Source: Octopus vulgaris (lineage: Eukaryota). Taken from it: 64,000 bases of DNA. Location: assembly GCA_951406725.2 (NCBI GenBank), contig OX597826.1, positions 4,154,001-4,218,000 on the forward strand. Direction: 5' to 3'. The translations under genes were made by a program, and so were the position numbers. Positions 1-12,573 of this stretch are shown piece by piece. Numbering within the stretch: position 1 is the stretch's first letter; each line of letters opens with the position of its first letter. The notes beneath the pieces are model-generated. The model saw nothing but the letters and a program-made list of their open reading frames with translations. It made no database searches and was not told where the DNA came from.

Positions 1-69
1 TAACTCTCTAAAAATGCTTATATTGTTATTTCCCTTACAAACCCGAGCAACGCCGGGCGATACTGCTAG
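1..69 (+). mobile_element. 3' end of non-autonomous Helitron (truncated by window start)
   Basis: Ends cccgagcaacgccgggcgatactgCTAG|T: subterminal GC hairpin plus CTAG before T. Same 3' end as 12574-12955 and 37686-38056. Confidence 0.8.
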
Positions 70-677
70 TATATATATATATATACGCACACATCAATAT
101 TTGGAACGCAATATAGCAGAAAGTTTGGGTATTACCCGTGGTTTTCTACTGACAGGTTTCACGGCCATACTTCGTTCGAAATATTACGTTCTTGAATGTA
201 AAATGCGAAACGCCTTCGACACTTCCAAAGCTTGTTTACAAAATGTTGTTGCCTATATATATATATATATATAATCCTCTCGCTCTTTTTTTCTTAAACA
301 TATTTTCTATTTCACACTTAACTGCCTTTTCTTCAGATATTTATGCAGAAGCACTTCACTTATATTACATTTTCACACTATTTACTGACTTTGTACTCTC
401 CCCCCTTCCCGACCTTATACCAGTTTTTATGTTATTATTTTTTCACACCAACTCTTTTTTTTTTCTCACGCCTTTCTCTCACCTGTATCTCATTCACACC
501 CATTCACCTTCATTTCCCACAAATCTTACCCCACTCTTGCACACCTTCAGACTTCGCTAGTAACTACACGCACCTCCCCCTATGCCCATCTCTTCGTTCC
601 GATACATTCCTATACAAGAAGACAACTTCCTAATTCCTCCACATAGTACCGTGTGCCCACTCAGACCCTAAACACGT

Positions 678-890
678 CTTCTACTTCTTCTTCTTTTTCT
701 CCTTCTTTTTCTTCCTTTTCTTCTTTTTCCTCTTCTTCTTCTTCCGCTTCTTCTTCATCTTCTTCTTCTTCTTCTTCTTCTTCTTCTTCTTCTTCTTCTT
801 TTTCCTCCTCTTCTTCTTCTTTTTCCTCCTCCTCCTCTTCTTCTTCTTCTTCTTCTTCTTCTTCTCCTCCTCCACCTCCTCTTCCTTTCC
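678..890. repeat. (TTC)n/(CTC)n polypyrimidine low-complexity tract
   Basis: Directly visible; source of the poly-Ser/poly-Lys/poly-Arg ORFs. Confidence 0.95.
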
Positions 891-1314
891 CCGATCACCC
901 TTCTTTCCACCGAAACGTTAAAGCCTGTCTTTCCTTTCAAGCCTTATACTAATAACATCTTTCTTAAAACTTGTGCATCTTCTGTGTTTTTCTTCATTTT
1001 ACTCATTCTTCTTATTCGCAAAAAAAACATACATTCGCAAACACAGATAGACAGACGGACGGACAGACAGATAAACAGATATTCATAATAGATAGATAGG
1101 GTTATAATTCAACAAGCGAAGTAAGGTAGCTAGTTAGAAAATCAGTATAAATATTATTTTAATACTTGTTCTGAAGAATTATAACAGAAAACAAAAAAAT
1201 GATTTGCTATTATTTATTCTACATTACATATATTACATTAAACAGGTGTTACGTAGGTATACTCATAGAAAAAACTTCAAGTTTTTATTCTGTTTTAATA
1301 CATTTTCATATATG

Positions 1315-1361
<47 letters not shown>

Positions 1362-1497
1362 TAACATTATAAGTTCAGCAAAACAATTTAGATTCAAATG
1401 AATATGGTACTTAATTTAGATGCACCAGAATTTTTTATGGTATTAACCATAAAGTTATGTGGGGTGATTGTAACCAAAAAATTGGTTATATACTAAC

Positions 1498-1584
<87 letters not shown>

Positions 1585-1782
1585 TGAATAATCTTGTTGC
1601 AGATTAATCAAAAGTTTAACCGATACCTTGGTAGCAAAAATCACAGCAGAAGAAAGCACGGTTGGAGATAAAACCTTTAGGTGTTGCAACCGTGCGTTGG
1701 TGCGGATAATTGAATTTTAGTATTATTAGTGAATTGAAGAAATGGAGTTGAACGAAGATTGAACAGAATTCCTTTTATTGCA

Positions 1783-1862
1783 TTCTACACATGTTTCAAA
1801 AGCTACAATTTTCCAAATGCTGATTAAATAAGGATCCCATATTGTGGCTTTCTCTTCAGGAA
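1783..1862 (-). ncRNA. Minimal type I hammerhead ribozyme motif (left arm, mirror copy)
   Basis: Reverse complement reads ttc-CTGAAGA-gaaagccacaat...attgtagctttt-GAAAC-atgt-GTA-gaa. Confidence 0.7.
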
Positions 1863-2019
1863 AAAAATAGGAATTCCGTTGGCAGAACAAAACAGAACAG
1901 AGGCGCAGCAACGCAATTTGAACGAGGCGGCTCGTTCAAATTTGAACGAGGCGGCCTCGTTCAAATTGCGTTGCTGCGCCTCTGTTCTGTTTTGTTCTGC
2001 CAACGGAATTCCTATTTTT

Positions 2020-2098
2020 TTCCTGAAGAAAAGCCACAATATGGGATCCTTATTTAATCAGAATTTGGAAAATTGTGGCTTTTGAAACATGTGTAGAA
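2020..2098 (+). ncRNA. Minimal type I hammerhead ribozyme motif (right arm)
   Basis: ttc-CTGAAGA(2023-2029), stem II aaagccacaat/attgtggcttt, GAAAC(2084-2088), atgt, GTA(2093-2095), gaa. AATAAA at 2102. Confidence 0.75.
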
Positions 2099-2153
2099 TG
2101 CAATAAAAGGAATTCTGTTCAATCTTCGTTCAACTCCATTTCTTCAATTCACT

Positions 2154-2191
<38 letters not shown>

Positions 2192-2199
2192 TAACATTA

Positions 2200-2228
2200 T
2201 GACCCGGCGTTGTTGGGTCTAGTGCTAG
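2200..2228 (+). mobile_element. Isolated Helitron-like 3' terminus
   Basis: gacccggcgttgttgggtc hairpin followed by tagtgCTAG|T. Confidence 0.5.
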
Positions 2229-2559
2229 TGAAACATATTTTGTCTTTCATGAAAATCCCGCTCTCTTGTCATTCACGTGGTCTAACTCGTTAATTATTCC
2301 CTGCATTTCTCAAATCATAAAAGCGAGCACGTTTGAAAGTCAAAACACATGATGACACATCTTCGCAAAACACAAAAATGCGCAGAGTCATACAGACTGT
2401 CTGCAAATGCGCATGCGCATTCTACTGTCAAGGGTAAGATTATCTCCGTCCAATCGAAAAACAGCTGGCAGTCTATTGGCGTATCTAGCTGTACGCACAC
2501 ACCTCGTGCAAATTTGTATGTTTTGGCGATTTTGAATGGATATACCCATAAAATATGGG

Positions 2560-2756
2560 CATAACGGGTCGGTTTATCAATTTTTTAATGGCTTTCTGGG
2601 GTGACTGGCGAAATGAAAAGACCTTCAGGATCACCCTCAAACAGTTTTGAAAGCCCATAGAAAATGCGAGCCTTTTACGTGAAAAACTGTGGATTTGTAT
2701 AAAGGACACACAGACACACAGATACACAGATATTTTGCCGTTTATAGATATACAGA
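2560..2756 (-). mobile_element. 5' part of non-autonomous Helitron
   Basis: Minus strand begins A|TCTGTATATCTATAAACGGC..., similar to the 5' end TCTCTCTCTATATAAACGGC of the complete element at 37686. Left boundary uncertain. Confidence 0.5.
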
Positions 2757-3699
2757 TATATACGCATATAGATGCATACACATTACAGATATGAGAATGT
2801 TGTAACTCTGAACCTCTTTCCCACTTTGGTCCGTATTGTCATAGGATTCTGTCGTTTCAAATAACTCAGAACTTTCGTGAGTTATCGTTCAGAAGACTGT
2901 CAGTGAGTTGGTCTTTGCTGCAGTTACGCTCTATGTCCGACGCATGATAAACTAATCTTTCCCTTTTTGCAGATTTTCATTCTCTCTGTGGATGTGGTTA
3001 TTTTACAACCTGTGTGATTACCTTCTGTTTTATCCCAGTTGAAGTTTATGGCAGTTTGTTGATGAGAACAGAGATCCATTTAAGTGTGATATTTCCATGC
3101 AGGATTTTATTGCTTCTTCACCACTGTTGTTCTTTCAGTCTTTTAGCCAGTTTCCTTCCTGCTAATGTTCTAAGTAGCTTGAGCAATGTTTTGCCTTCTT
3201 TACTGTCTATATCACACCTGAAGGGCGTTGTCAATAATCTATAACTACGGGTTCCCGGGTTCGTACTACAATATATTGAGCAGGACTTACTTTTTATGCC
3301 TTGAACCAAGCCGATCCATACCGTGTAAGTAAAAGTGTGTAGACAGGCAGAGCATAGAAGTCCGTTGAATGGCTTCTATCAGTAATTCAAAACACAATTT
3401 TGCCGCACCCTGTATCATATTGTTGTTGCCTGAGAATTACATTTAAATATTCACGTGTCCGTGCAATACTCAACCACCTACGCGTTGAATCAGAAGTAAA
3501 TAATTCACTTGATCAAACAATTGAATCCTCAACGACGAACAAGAGAGATCTACCACCATGTCATGCTTGCTGATAATGTTGTGGTAGGTAACTTCTTGTA
3601 TATCTGATCGCTGTGTGTGTAGTGTGCTTATGTTGTTGTGTGTGACAATTTGATTTCTTGTTCTCTGGTATTTCTGGTAACAAGAGAAACAATGGATTT

Positions 3700-4500
3700 G
3701 ATAAGTGTGTTGTTGTCAGTTATTTTTTAACCAGATGTCTATATGAATTATGCTGAGCTGGAGTAGTGGTACAGCGGTAATTAAAAGAGAGTGGGAAGAC
3801 TTGAATTAAAGTTTACACGTCCATATGTCTTAGAGTATATTTATTATACAAATATATTTTTTTTCTAAACGAGGTGTAGGGTACGTTTCGATATCATATT
3901 GGAATGTTGTATAACATATAGACTAATATAAACATACTGTTGAGGGATTTGGTCCTTGTGTGATAGCATTCGGCTAATTTTATATTATGTAAATAAACCT
4001 TTTGTGTCTACGAAGCTTTGGTTAAGATGATAGATCATACAGAAAGGTGGTGGAGGGATAAATAAAAAAAAAACATCGGTGAGAGAATGGATACTTGTGT
4101 CATAGTATTGAAGAAATTTCAAATTATGTAAGGGTTAGATTTGTACCCTGCATAAGCTTGGTAAACAATTAGGGAGCTAGGCAAGTTCTGTGCTGTTTCT
4201 TTAGGATGTGGTTTATATTTTGAATATAAGTGATCGGAGGCGTCAAAGGATCTGTAAACTTGCTAACGTCCATAAAGATTATAGTCCTGTGTGTGTTTTA
4301 GTTATTTCCAAACTTCAACCATTGTCGCTATTAGGGTTCACAACTGTCTTGGTGGTTTAGCTTAGGTCTGAATCTGCCGTGTAATTTAGAGAGAGGAAAT
4401 ATGTGAATTAGTGATGTCACGTATTAGTTTATCTAAAGCTTGAAGGTGGTCGTAAATGGCTGATGGTTAAATGCGATGACTCTAATTCATTTGGGATTTA
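3700..4500 (-). pseudogene. Highly degraded Penelope-like reverse transcriptase remnant
   Basis: Frameshifted fragments read on the minus strand, in the expected order, resemble PLE RT motifs: MDV.SLY-like (~4270), GTA..T.LAP...L..GY-like (~4200-4145), QQY...RNVPYT...KI.CII-like thumb (~3945-3845). Confidence 0.45.
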
Positions 4501-5296
4501 GTTATTCTCTGAAGCCATGTTCTTTTCATGCATCTCGATACTAGCCTCAAAAGGAGTAAATATTAAATATAAGGCATTCGTTTATTTCTGCCTGTGTTCA
4601 TGTATGTTCTTCTCTGTGTTATTTGTGTCCCGTGTTTAAATCTATAAGTCTGTATGCATGCGTATGTCTATGTGTCTGTAAGGGCGTGCGAGTAGGTATG
4701 TGTGTGTGTGTGTGCGTGTGCATGCCTGAATGTGTGTAGGTGTGTGCGTGTGTATGTATCTGTGCGTGGACAAGTGATCTTATCAACGTCGTTTAATACC
4801 GTCTGTATCCATTAACCACGACGATCTCATCGGTCGCGGGGTTCTGCAAAAGCAAGGAGCGCAACCTCTATCACCAGATCAAAAGAATAAAACTGATTCT
4901 CTCAAAGAAATGTTATAATATATAATTTCATTCCGGGAATCTGTAATTATGTATTTGTCTCAGTTTTCCCTCACATTTTTAATCTCTCACGTTTGTAATA
5001 TCATTTACACAGTTGAGAGAAAGGCATGAATGTCACAGTTCAGTTGCACTAAAGTTATCAGCTTTCATACACAAAACATTATTTTGGTGACAAAGATATA
5101 TTTACAAAAATGATTGTATATACATGTGTGCATCTAAACATTCCACTCTTCTCTTCTTTTCCTCTTCATACAGGCGCAACGTTCTCTCCGTGTATCTCTG
5201 CCTCTCTTTTTTCACAGTTTATTTGTGTGTGTGTGCTTGCGTGACGGTGCCATGACGCGTATGCCTCAACAATTATGTATATATACATATACATAC

Positions 5297-5351
<55 letters not shown>

Positions 5352-5556
5352 ATATAATATAATATAATATAATATATAATATATGTGCATATTTACAAGC
5401 GTAAACATATAGCGAGATGCAAACTGATACGATATAGACGTATAGATATATGTGTGGGTGTGTATGCGTGTGTGAGTTTATCTATATACCTACTAGATAG
5501 ATATACACACATATGCATGTATATATGTGCGTATGTAGATATACACATAAGTTATA

Positions 5557-5730
5557 GGCGCGGGAGAGGCTGTGCGGTAAGTAACTTGGTTACCAACCAC
5601 ATGGTTCTGGGTTCAGTCTTACTGTGTGGCACCTTGGGCAAGTACATTCTACTATAGCCTCGGGCCAACCAAAGCCTTGTGTGTGGATTTGGTAGACGGA
5701 ACCTGAAAGAGGCCCGTCGAATACACAGAC

Positions 5731-5779
<49 letters not shown>

Positions 5780-5998
5780 TGTGTATATGTTTGTGTGTCT
5801 GGGTTTGTCCACCCAATATCGCTTGACAACCGATGCTGGCGTGTTTACGTCCCCGTAACGTAGCGGTTCGGCAAAACAGACCGATGGAATAAGTACTAGA
5901 CTTACAAAGAATAAGTGCTGGGGTCGATTTGCTCGACAAAAGGCGGTGCTCCAGCATGGTCACAGTCAAATGACTGAAACAAGTAAAAGAGTAAAAAG
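5557..5998 (+). mobile_element. tRNA-derived SINE family A (octopus OK/OR-like), full length with internal (TG)n
   Basis: Head ggctgtgcggtaag (A box) and ggttcagtc (B box). Tail ggcggtgctccagcatgg...gactgaaacaagtaaaagag. At least 13 copies in the window. Confidence 0.9.
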
Positions 5999-6048
5999 TA
6001 TAAATAATTGCTTATATCTATTTCTTTGCTAACAAAATACATTCGTTG

Positions 6049-6081
<33 letters not shown>

Positions 6082-6173
6082 CATGTGCATATATGACTGT
6101 GACACTGACTATGTGTGTACACGTGTGTCAGGACAAGCATGTATTTGTACAAAAGCATATATGTGAAAACGCC

Positions 6174-6228
<55 letters not shown>

Positions 6229-6550
6229 ATATATTATATTTACGCCTATGTATGAATATACGTGTATTTCAGTTAATGTGACGATAAATTACAAATACAT
6301 GTGTGTCAATTTCTATGATGCTGCGTAAACTTTTAAACACAAGCGAATAAATACATTATTGCGACGTTCATTCACTGCAATTTAATCCATTATGAAAAGC
6401 TATTACAAAATACAGAAAAGCGTAAAGAAACGATAGTATCTCTAGACATGTATATTCATTCCTCGATCTCTCATTTCAATAAATGCCCCATTTAATTTGG
6501 AATTCGCATTTCGACTTTTTATACGCTGCCAAAATTTTGAGTCCGTGCCA

Positions 6551-6596
<46 letters not shown>

Positions 6597-6681
6597 CTAA
6601 CTATATTATCTAAACACACTCACAATTGTCTATATATATCTATAACTATTGACATATATATGCATATATATTACATATAAC

Positions 6682-6772
<91 letters not shown>

Positions 6773-6839
6773 GTACACACATCCAACTATCTATCTGTCT
6801 GTCTGTCATTACCATCTCTTTCTATTTATGTACCCATCC

Positions 6840-6880
<41 letters not shown>

Positions 6881-6891
6881 TATATATATAT

Positions 6892-6962
<71 letters not shown>

Positions 6963-6980
6963 TACATATATATATATATT

Positions 6981-7325
6981 CTTTTATTATTTTACTTGTT
7001 TCAATCATTTGACTTCAGCCATGCTGGAGCTCCGCCTTTCGTCGAACAATTTGTAAGTATAGTATTTATTCTATCGGTATCTTTGCCGAACCGCTTGGTT
7101 ATAGGGTAGTAAATGTACCAACATAGATTGTCAAGTGCCGATGGGAGAAAAAAACCCAGATATATACATACATACATACATACATACACATACAACACAC
7201 TTTACGAAGCGTTGGTCAGTCCGAGGCTATAGTAGAAGACACTTGCCCAAGGTGCCACGCAGTGGAACTGAACCCGGAACGGTGACTAGGAAGGAAGCTT
7301 CTTACCACACAGCCACTCATGCGCC
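6981..7325 (-). mobile_element. SINE family A, internally deleted
   Basis: Reverse complement of head and tail of 5557-5998. Confidence 0.85.
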
Positions 7326-7507
7326 TATGCGTGTATATATAGGTGTGTGTGTGTGTGTTTGTGTGTGTGATTGTATGTGTGTGTGTATTTATATGCGTGT
7401 ATATATATATATATGCGTATATATATATATACATGCATATAAGTATATATGTATACATGGCTATATATATAAGTATACATGACTATACATGCATATATAT
7501 GTATGTA

Positions 7508-7563
<56 letters not shown>

Positions 7564-7949
7564 TGTATACATGTATATTTGTATGTATGTATATATGTGT
7601 GTATGTATATGACGTATATATATATATGTATTTAGCCTGATAGAATAGTAAACCTCATGACATAAGCCTTGCATGAGAAAGTCGATGAATTCTGTAGAGG
7701 TAGAGGGAAAGGGGGATGGGGATGTAACACATCGGATTGATGTTTGATGTGCACGACTGGCACACAAATAGATGTGTGTAAGGAATGGCAGCGTCACGCT
7801 TTTAATTATCATATCTCTACATCTCTCTGGTGTCTAGAGTGTGTGATCGTCTATTTATGCCTCTATCTACCTATCTTTACATATACATATACATATATAT
7901 ACACATATATGTATATATATATATTTATTTATGTATATATATATTTATT

Positions 7950-7995
<46 letters not shown>

Positions 7996-8104
7996 TACAG
8001 GGAGAGAGAGAGAGAGATTCATAGTCACATAAAGACACGTGTACAACAGTCTATCTCCCTAAATATCTACAAATTTTTATCTCTCATCCTCCTTTCGCAA
8101 TCTA

Positions 8105-8500
<396 letters not shown>

Positions 8501-8810
8501 TGTATCTCGCCAGTTGTTTAGGTTTGATTGAAATTTTTCTTTTATAAAATACAATCCCGCTGTGAGCATCCTTTTTTCGATAAGATGACCTCGATGTGAT
8601 ATTATTCATTTGTATGTGCATAAAAGCAGCGTTATATTTTCTAATTTTGTGAGTTGCGATTCAAATTTTTGCTATTTCATTTATTTCGGTTAACCAAGTA
8701 CAATTACTAGTAGGCATTGCTTAATTTTAACGAAGGGGAGATAACAAAAACACAATATTGAGTGTAGAGTATAGATAATCAAAATAATACATTGTCAGTT
8801 TATTTAGTCT

Positions 8811-8850
8811 ATATTTCTGATGAAGAGCTCCGCTCGAAACCTGATGTACT
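8811..8850 (+). ncRNA. Degenerate hammerhead core
   Basis: CTGATGA(8817-8823)-a-gagc-tcc-gctc-GAAAC(8836-8840). Stems I and III are poorly formed. Confidence 0.4.
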
Positions 8851-8961
8851 CTTTCTTTTCTCCCTTTCCCTGGGCGTCCAATAACACTACTCATTCCACA
8901 TCCTCGCGTTGTTGTTATTCCTTGCTTGTTCATGTTTGGATTCTCTCTCTCGCTCTCTCTG

Positions 8962-9025
<64 letters not shown>

Positions 9026-9228
9026 GTAGGAGAGATAGGGAGGAGCTGTGAATTGATGTACAAAGATCAAGAATATTGTGCGAGGTAATTCATTATGTAT
9101 TTTAATTACGAAATTATAGAAATTATGTTTATTGCTAATGTAACAGCTGTTGAGCACAATTAATTTATGAGCTATGTGTAAAGTTTGTGGCTTTCTGTTT
9201 TGTATGTGTGACCGTGTTCTTGTGTATA

Positions 9229-9284
<56 letters not shown>

Positions 9285-9290
<6 letters not shown>

Positions 9291-9617
9291 TAAATAAATG
9301 AATGGAGTTGAACGAAGATGTTAACAAAATTCCTTTACTCTCGACATTTGTTTCGAAGACAACATGGTTTCATTCCAAAGGAATAAACGGTGCAAGATGC
9401 AGTCTTCTCATCGTTTTGTTTACTATGTAGGCAGTCATCGCAATTTTTGTTTGTCTTGTTGTTGAGAGAGGCTCCCTTTCTTTCCAGATGAGAAGATTGC
9501 ATCTTACACCGTTTATTCCATTGTAATGAAACCATGTTGTCTTCGAAACATATGTCGAGAGTAAAGGAATTTTGTTAACATCTTCGTCCAACTCCATTCA
9601 TTTATTTATTCATATAT
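9285..9617. mobile_element. Fold-back element (~130-bp arms, ~75-bp spacer) in (TA)n, related to 1721-2160
   Basis: 9285-9412 is the inverted complement of 9487-9617. Shared terminus aatggagttgaacgaagat. Confidence 0.85.
9481..9560 (+). ncRNA. Minimal type I hammerhead motif (U4A core variant)
   Basis: tttc-CAGATGA(9485-9491)-gaaga...tcttc-GAAAC(9545-9549)-atat-GTC(9554-9556)-gaga. Confidence 0.6.
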
Positions 9618-9965
9618 AACACACAAACTTCTGCACATGAATCCGGAGTTTCTACCCTTGGACAGGTCGCTTCAACCGTGTTTCTGACGTGAATTTGCCA
9701 CCCTGGTATCGGTTCGTCGAATTTTCCATGTTGACGGTAAACATAGGATAATTCATTCACCTATCGAAATATATATATATATAACTCCAAGAAAGTTAGA
9801 GGTTGTGAATCCAACCCACTAAGGGATAATATCTATCCAATATACTGCTGGTACACTACCCGATTATTAATACACAAGTGTTTTTTTTTTATTTCATTGC
9901 AATTACATTACCTAGTGTACTAAATGGGTGAAGGTAAAGAGATATTTTACCATTAATTTATATAG

Positions 9966-10146
9966 CAATAAGAAATGGAGGGGATCAGTAAGTGGTTCAT
10001 CAACTTTTAGACATTATATTATGTCAACTTATTTATTTATTTACTAAACTGATAATTATCAGAATTGTAAATAAATAAATAATTTAACGTAATATAATGT
10101 CTAAAAGTTGATGAACCACCTACTGATCCCCTCCATTTTCTTATTG
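9966..10146. repeat. ~180-bp imperfect palindrome with a one-sided extension (9780-9965)
   Basis: aataagaaatggaggggatcagta... pairs with ...tactgatcccctccattttcttatt; centre ctgataattatcag. Confidence 0.85.
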
Positions 10147-10147
10147 T

Positions 10148-10224
<77 letters not shown>

Positions 10225-10293
10225 GGAGTAAACACATAAATGTGAAACAGGGTGGAAAAAGAGTACTCAAATACCAGTGGTAGAGTAATATGC

Positions 10294-10443
10294 TTTATTT
10301 AAAAGCAGCAGAAAATTCATCAAAACCTGTTACCCTGAGTTTCACATTCCCATTCGTCGGACAGTTTTTGCTAGAAAAAACTGTCCGACGAACGAACGTG
10401 AAACTCAGAGTAACTGGTTTGTTGAATTTTCTGCTGCTTTTAA

Positions 10444-10448
<5 letters not shown>
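10294..10448. mobile_element. ~155-bp fold-back element in (TA)n with hammerhead-like motif (CCGACGA core)
   Basis: tttatttaaaagcagcagaaaattc... pairs with ...gaattttctgctgcttttaaataaa. Right arm: ctgt-CCGACGA(10385-10391)-acg-aa-cgt-GAAAC-tcaga-GTA. The left arm supplies a perfect stem I ctgt/acag. Confidence 0.75.
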
Positions 10449-10476
<28 letters not shown>

Positions 10477-10631
10477 CTGCATTACCTCTGGATATCCTTG
10501 TTGCTTATTTTGATTTTAATCACCTTATTTTGAAATTGCATGTATTATACCGTACAAAATTCCCGTGTCTCTACTTAAGTACCATATTATCTGAATCTAA
10601 ATTTTTGCTGAACTCATCTACCGTACCTAAA

Positions 10632-10667
<36 letters not shown>

Positions 10668-11099
10668 ATACGTACAGCCTGTGTGCGAAAGCACAAGTGT
10701 CTGCATACATGTATGTATATGAAGTTTTCTCTACATTTGATGTAGTATCTGGAAACTGCGGTTACACAAATCCAGTCATGGGTTGAACGCTAAATATTTG
10801 AAAAGCTTTGCAGCAGTTCTTTATTCACAGAGGAAGGTTTAACACAGGCCGCCTCACAAGTGTATACTGCATTGGTTAATTCGTATCGCTTACATCAGTC
10901 TTTCCGTTGCAGATGATAGTACAAGTTGTCGCGCGCGCGAGCATGCACATATATATATGCATACACATGTACGTGTGTGTGCATATATATACATATATCT
11001 ATATATGCATGAATATATATATACATATGTATATACGTGTATATACATATGTATATACATGCATATATATATATACATATGTATATAAATATATGTATA

Positions 11100-11152
<53 letters not shown>

Positions 11153-11155
<3 letters not shown>

Positions 11156-11330
11156 GCTATGATAGATCGTTAGCTACTACACAGATTTTTCTCTCCTTGT
11201 GTCCCTCTCTGTAGAAGAGCGTAGATACGAAATATAAAAGACTTTTTCTATTCCTGAGCGTTATACTAATACATCTGTTTGTTTTGTACACCACCTGTCT
11301 TCGGCTTTTGTTTTTTTCGTAAACTTTCCC
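11153..11330 (+). mobile_element. (TA)n-embedded short retroelement family E, with hammerhead-like motif
   Basis: Homologous to the reverse complements of 46200-46380 and 52903-53405; common 3' end ...ccc|tatata. Confidence 0.75.
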
Positions 11331-11581
11331 TATATATATATATATGTGGGGGGGGGGTTGCCGCGCCACACCTACCGTCACAACCAGGATTTGGAGTAGC
11401 TTGCTGGCACCATCCGGGATGAAACTGACAGGAACCGACAGGCAACCCAACGGCCAAGGATCAACTTGTTCAATTCTTACATTACACATTACAAACTGCT
11501 CTATATTTTATAGGGTATGCTCTTCTCCTGCTTCATGATTTTATACGCGTTCGTATGCCCTTTTCAATGCAGTGTAGCCGA

Positions 11582-11645
<64 letters not shown>

Positions 11646-11660
11646 ATGTATATATATATG

Positions 11661-11703
<43 letters not shown>

Positions 11704-12356
11704 CATTTGGTGTGTAAGTGTATTAAGGGAATCATTGATGTTGGTGGAGATGGTTTAGAGAGAGAGACGGGTGCATGGGGTTGATGCAGGTAGTCGGAGA
11801 TGGTTAGAGGGGGCTGAGGGGGAAAGAGACGAATTATAGTGAGTAGGAGTGTGGGATGGAAAAATATGAGAAAAATATGAAGAGAGAATTGTTAGCGAAA
11901 AGACATTAAGTTTATTAGAGTGTCAAGTTAGTTTCTGTTCTCCCAGAAAAGGCGTCCTGGTGCTGTCTGGTGTGGTGGCCACGCCAAAGAGCATGAGGTG
12001 TTAGGGATAAAGGTCAGCGGATCGGATAATGTCGAGGTAAAGGCGGCGCGTTGCCAAGTCCGGTGTCTCCGGGCGCTCCGAGAATCTATGAGTCAATTGT
12101 TGGCGGATTTTTACGATATAGATTCAATTACAGAAAAATCATTGAATGATAGTTACGAAGTGGTTACATGTGCTGTCGGGAAAAAAGCACTTTGCATGTA
12201 AAGTGAAGTAGTTAATACCAGTCAGAGAGGTAGTTTTAAAGATGAAAGCGCGGGTACGATAGCGGAGACGGAAGCGGTAAGTGACGGGTGGCGTCACTGG
12301 AAAAAGGATATATATTTGCAGAGCAAAGCCTACATTTCATCGACAGCCTTGATTGT

Positions 12357-12401
12357 CACACGCTGATGACGGGTCAATACCCAGAAACTCGTGTCCGTGT
12401 G
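12357..12401 (+). ncRNA. Canonical-core minimal type I hammerhead ribozyme
   Basis: Stem I cacacg/cgtgtg (6 bp), CTGATGA(12363-12369), stem II gggt-caat-accc, GAAAC-tcgt-GTC. Predicted cleavage after 12395. Confidence 0.85.
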
Positions 12402-12573
12402 TATCATAGGTTGAAGACGCGAAGGATGGCTTCCCTTTGCAAATACTGATAGGGTACATAAAGTGTGTCAATAGCCAGCTGCAGGAGGTTTCCTCCTGGT
12501 GCTACAAGCTACAGTAGCATCCACCCTTAGGGGTTAGCCATATTTAAATGGCAAATGTACTTTTATATACATA

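Larger units (their letters stand above)
1721..2160. mobile_element. 440-bp fold-back palindromic element with a hammerhead motif in each arm, next to (TA)n
   Basis: 1721-~1916 is the reverse complement of ~1966-2160 with about 2 substitutions and 1 indel. Centre is two nested hairpins. Termini (aatggagttgaacgaagat) are shared with 9285-9617. Confidence 0.9.

Noticed and set aside
653-952. Poly-Ser, poly-Lys and poly-Arg ORFs
   Set aside because: Produced by the (TTC)n tract; no splice or domain evidence.
2850-3330. Possible LINE RT C-terminal remnant on the minus strand (YGSAWF)
   Set aside because: Single short motif; clade and boundaries cannot be supported by eye.
11544-11572. Minus-strand TTGAAAA-gggcatac-GAAC-gc-GTA, a possible U3:A8 hammerhead relic
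   Set aside because: Stem II 3' strand and stem I are missing; too degenerate to call.
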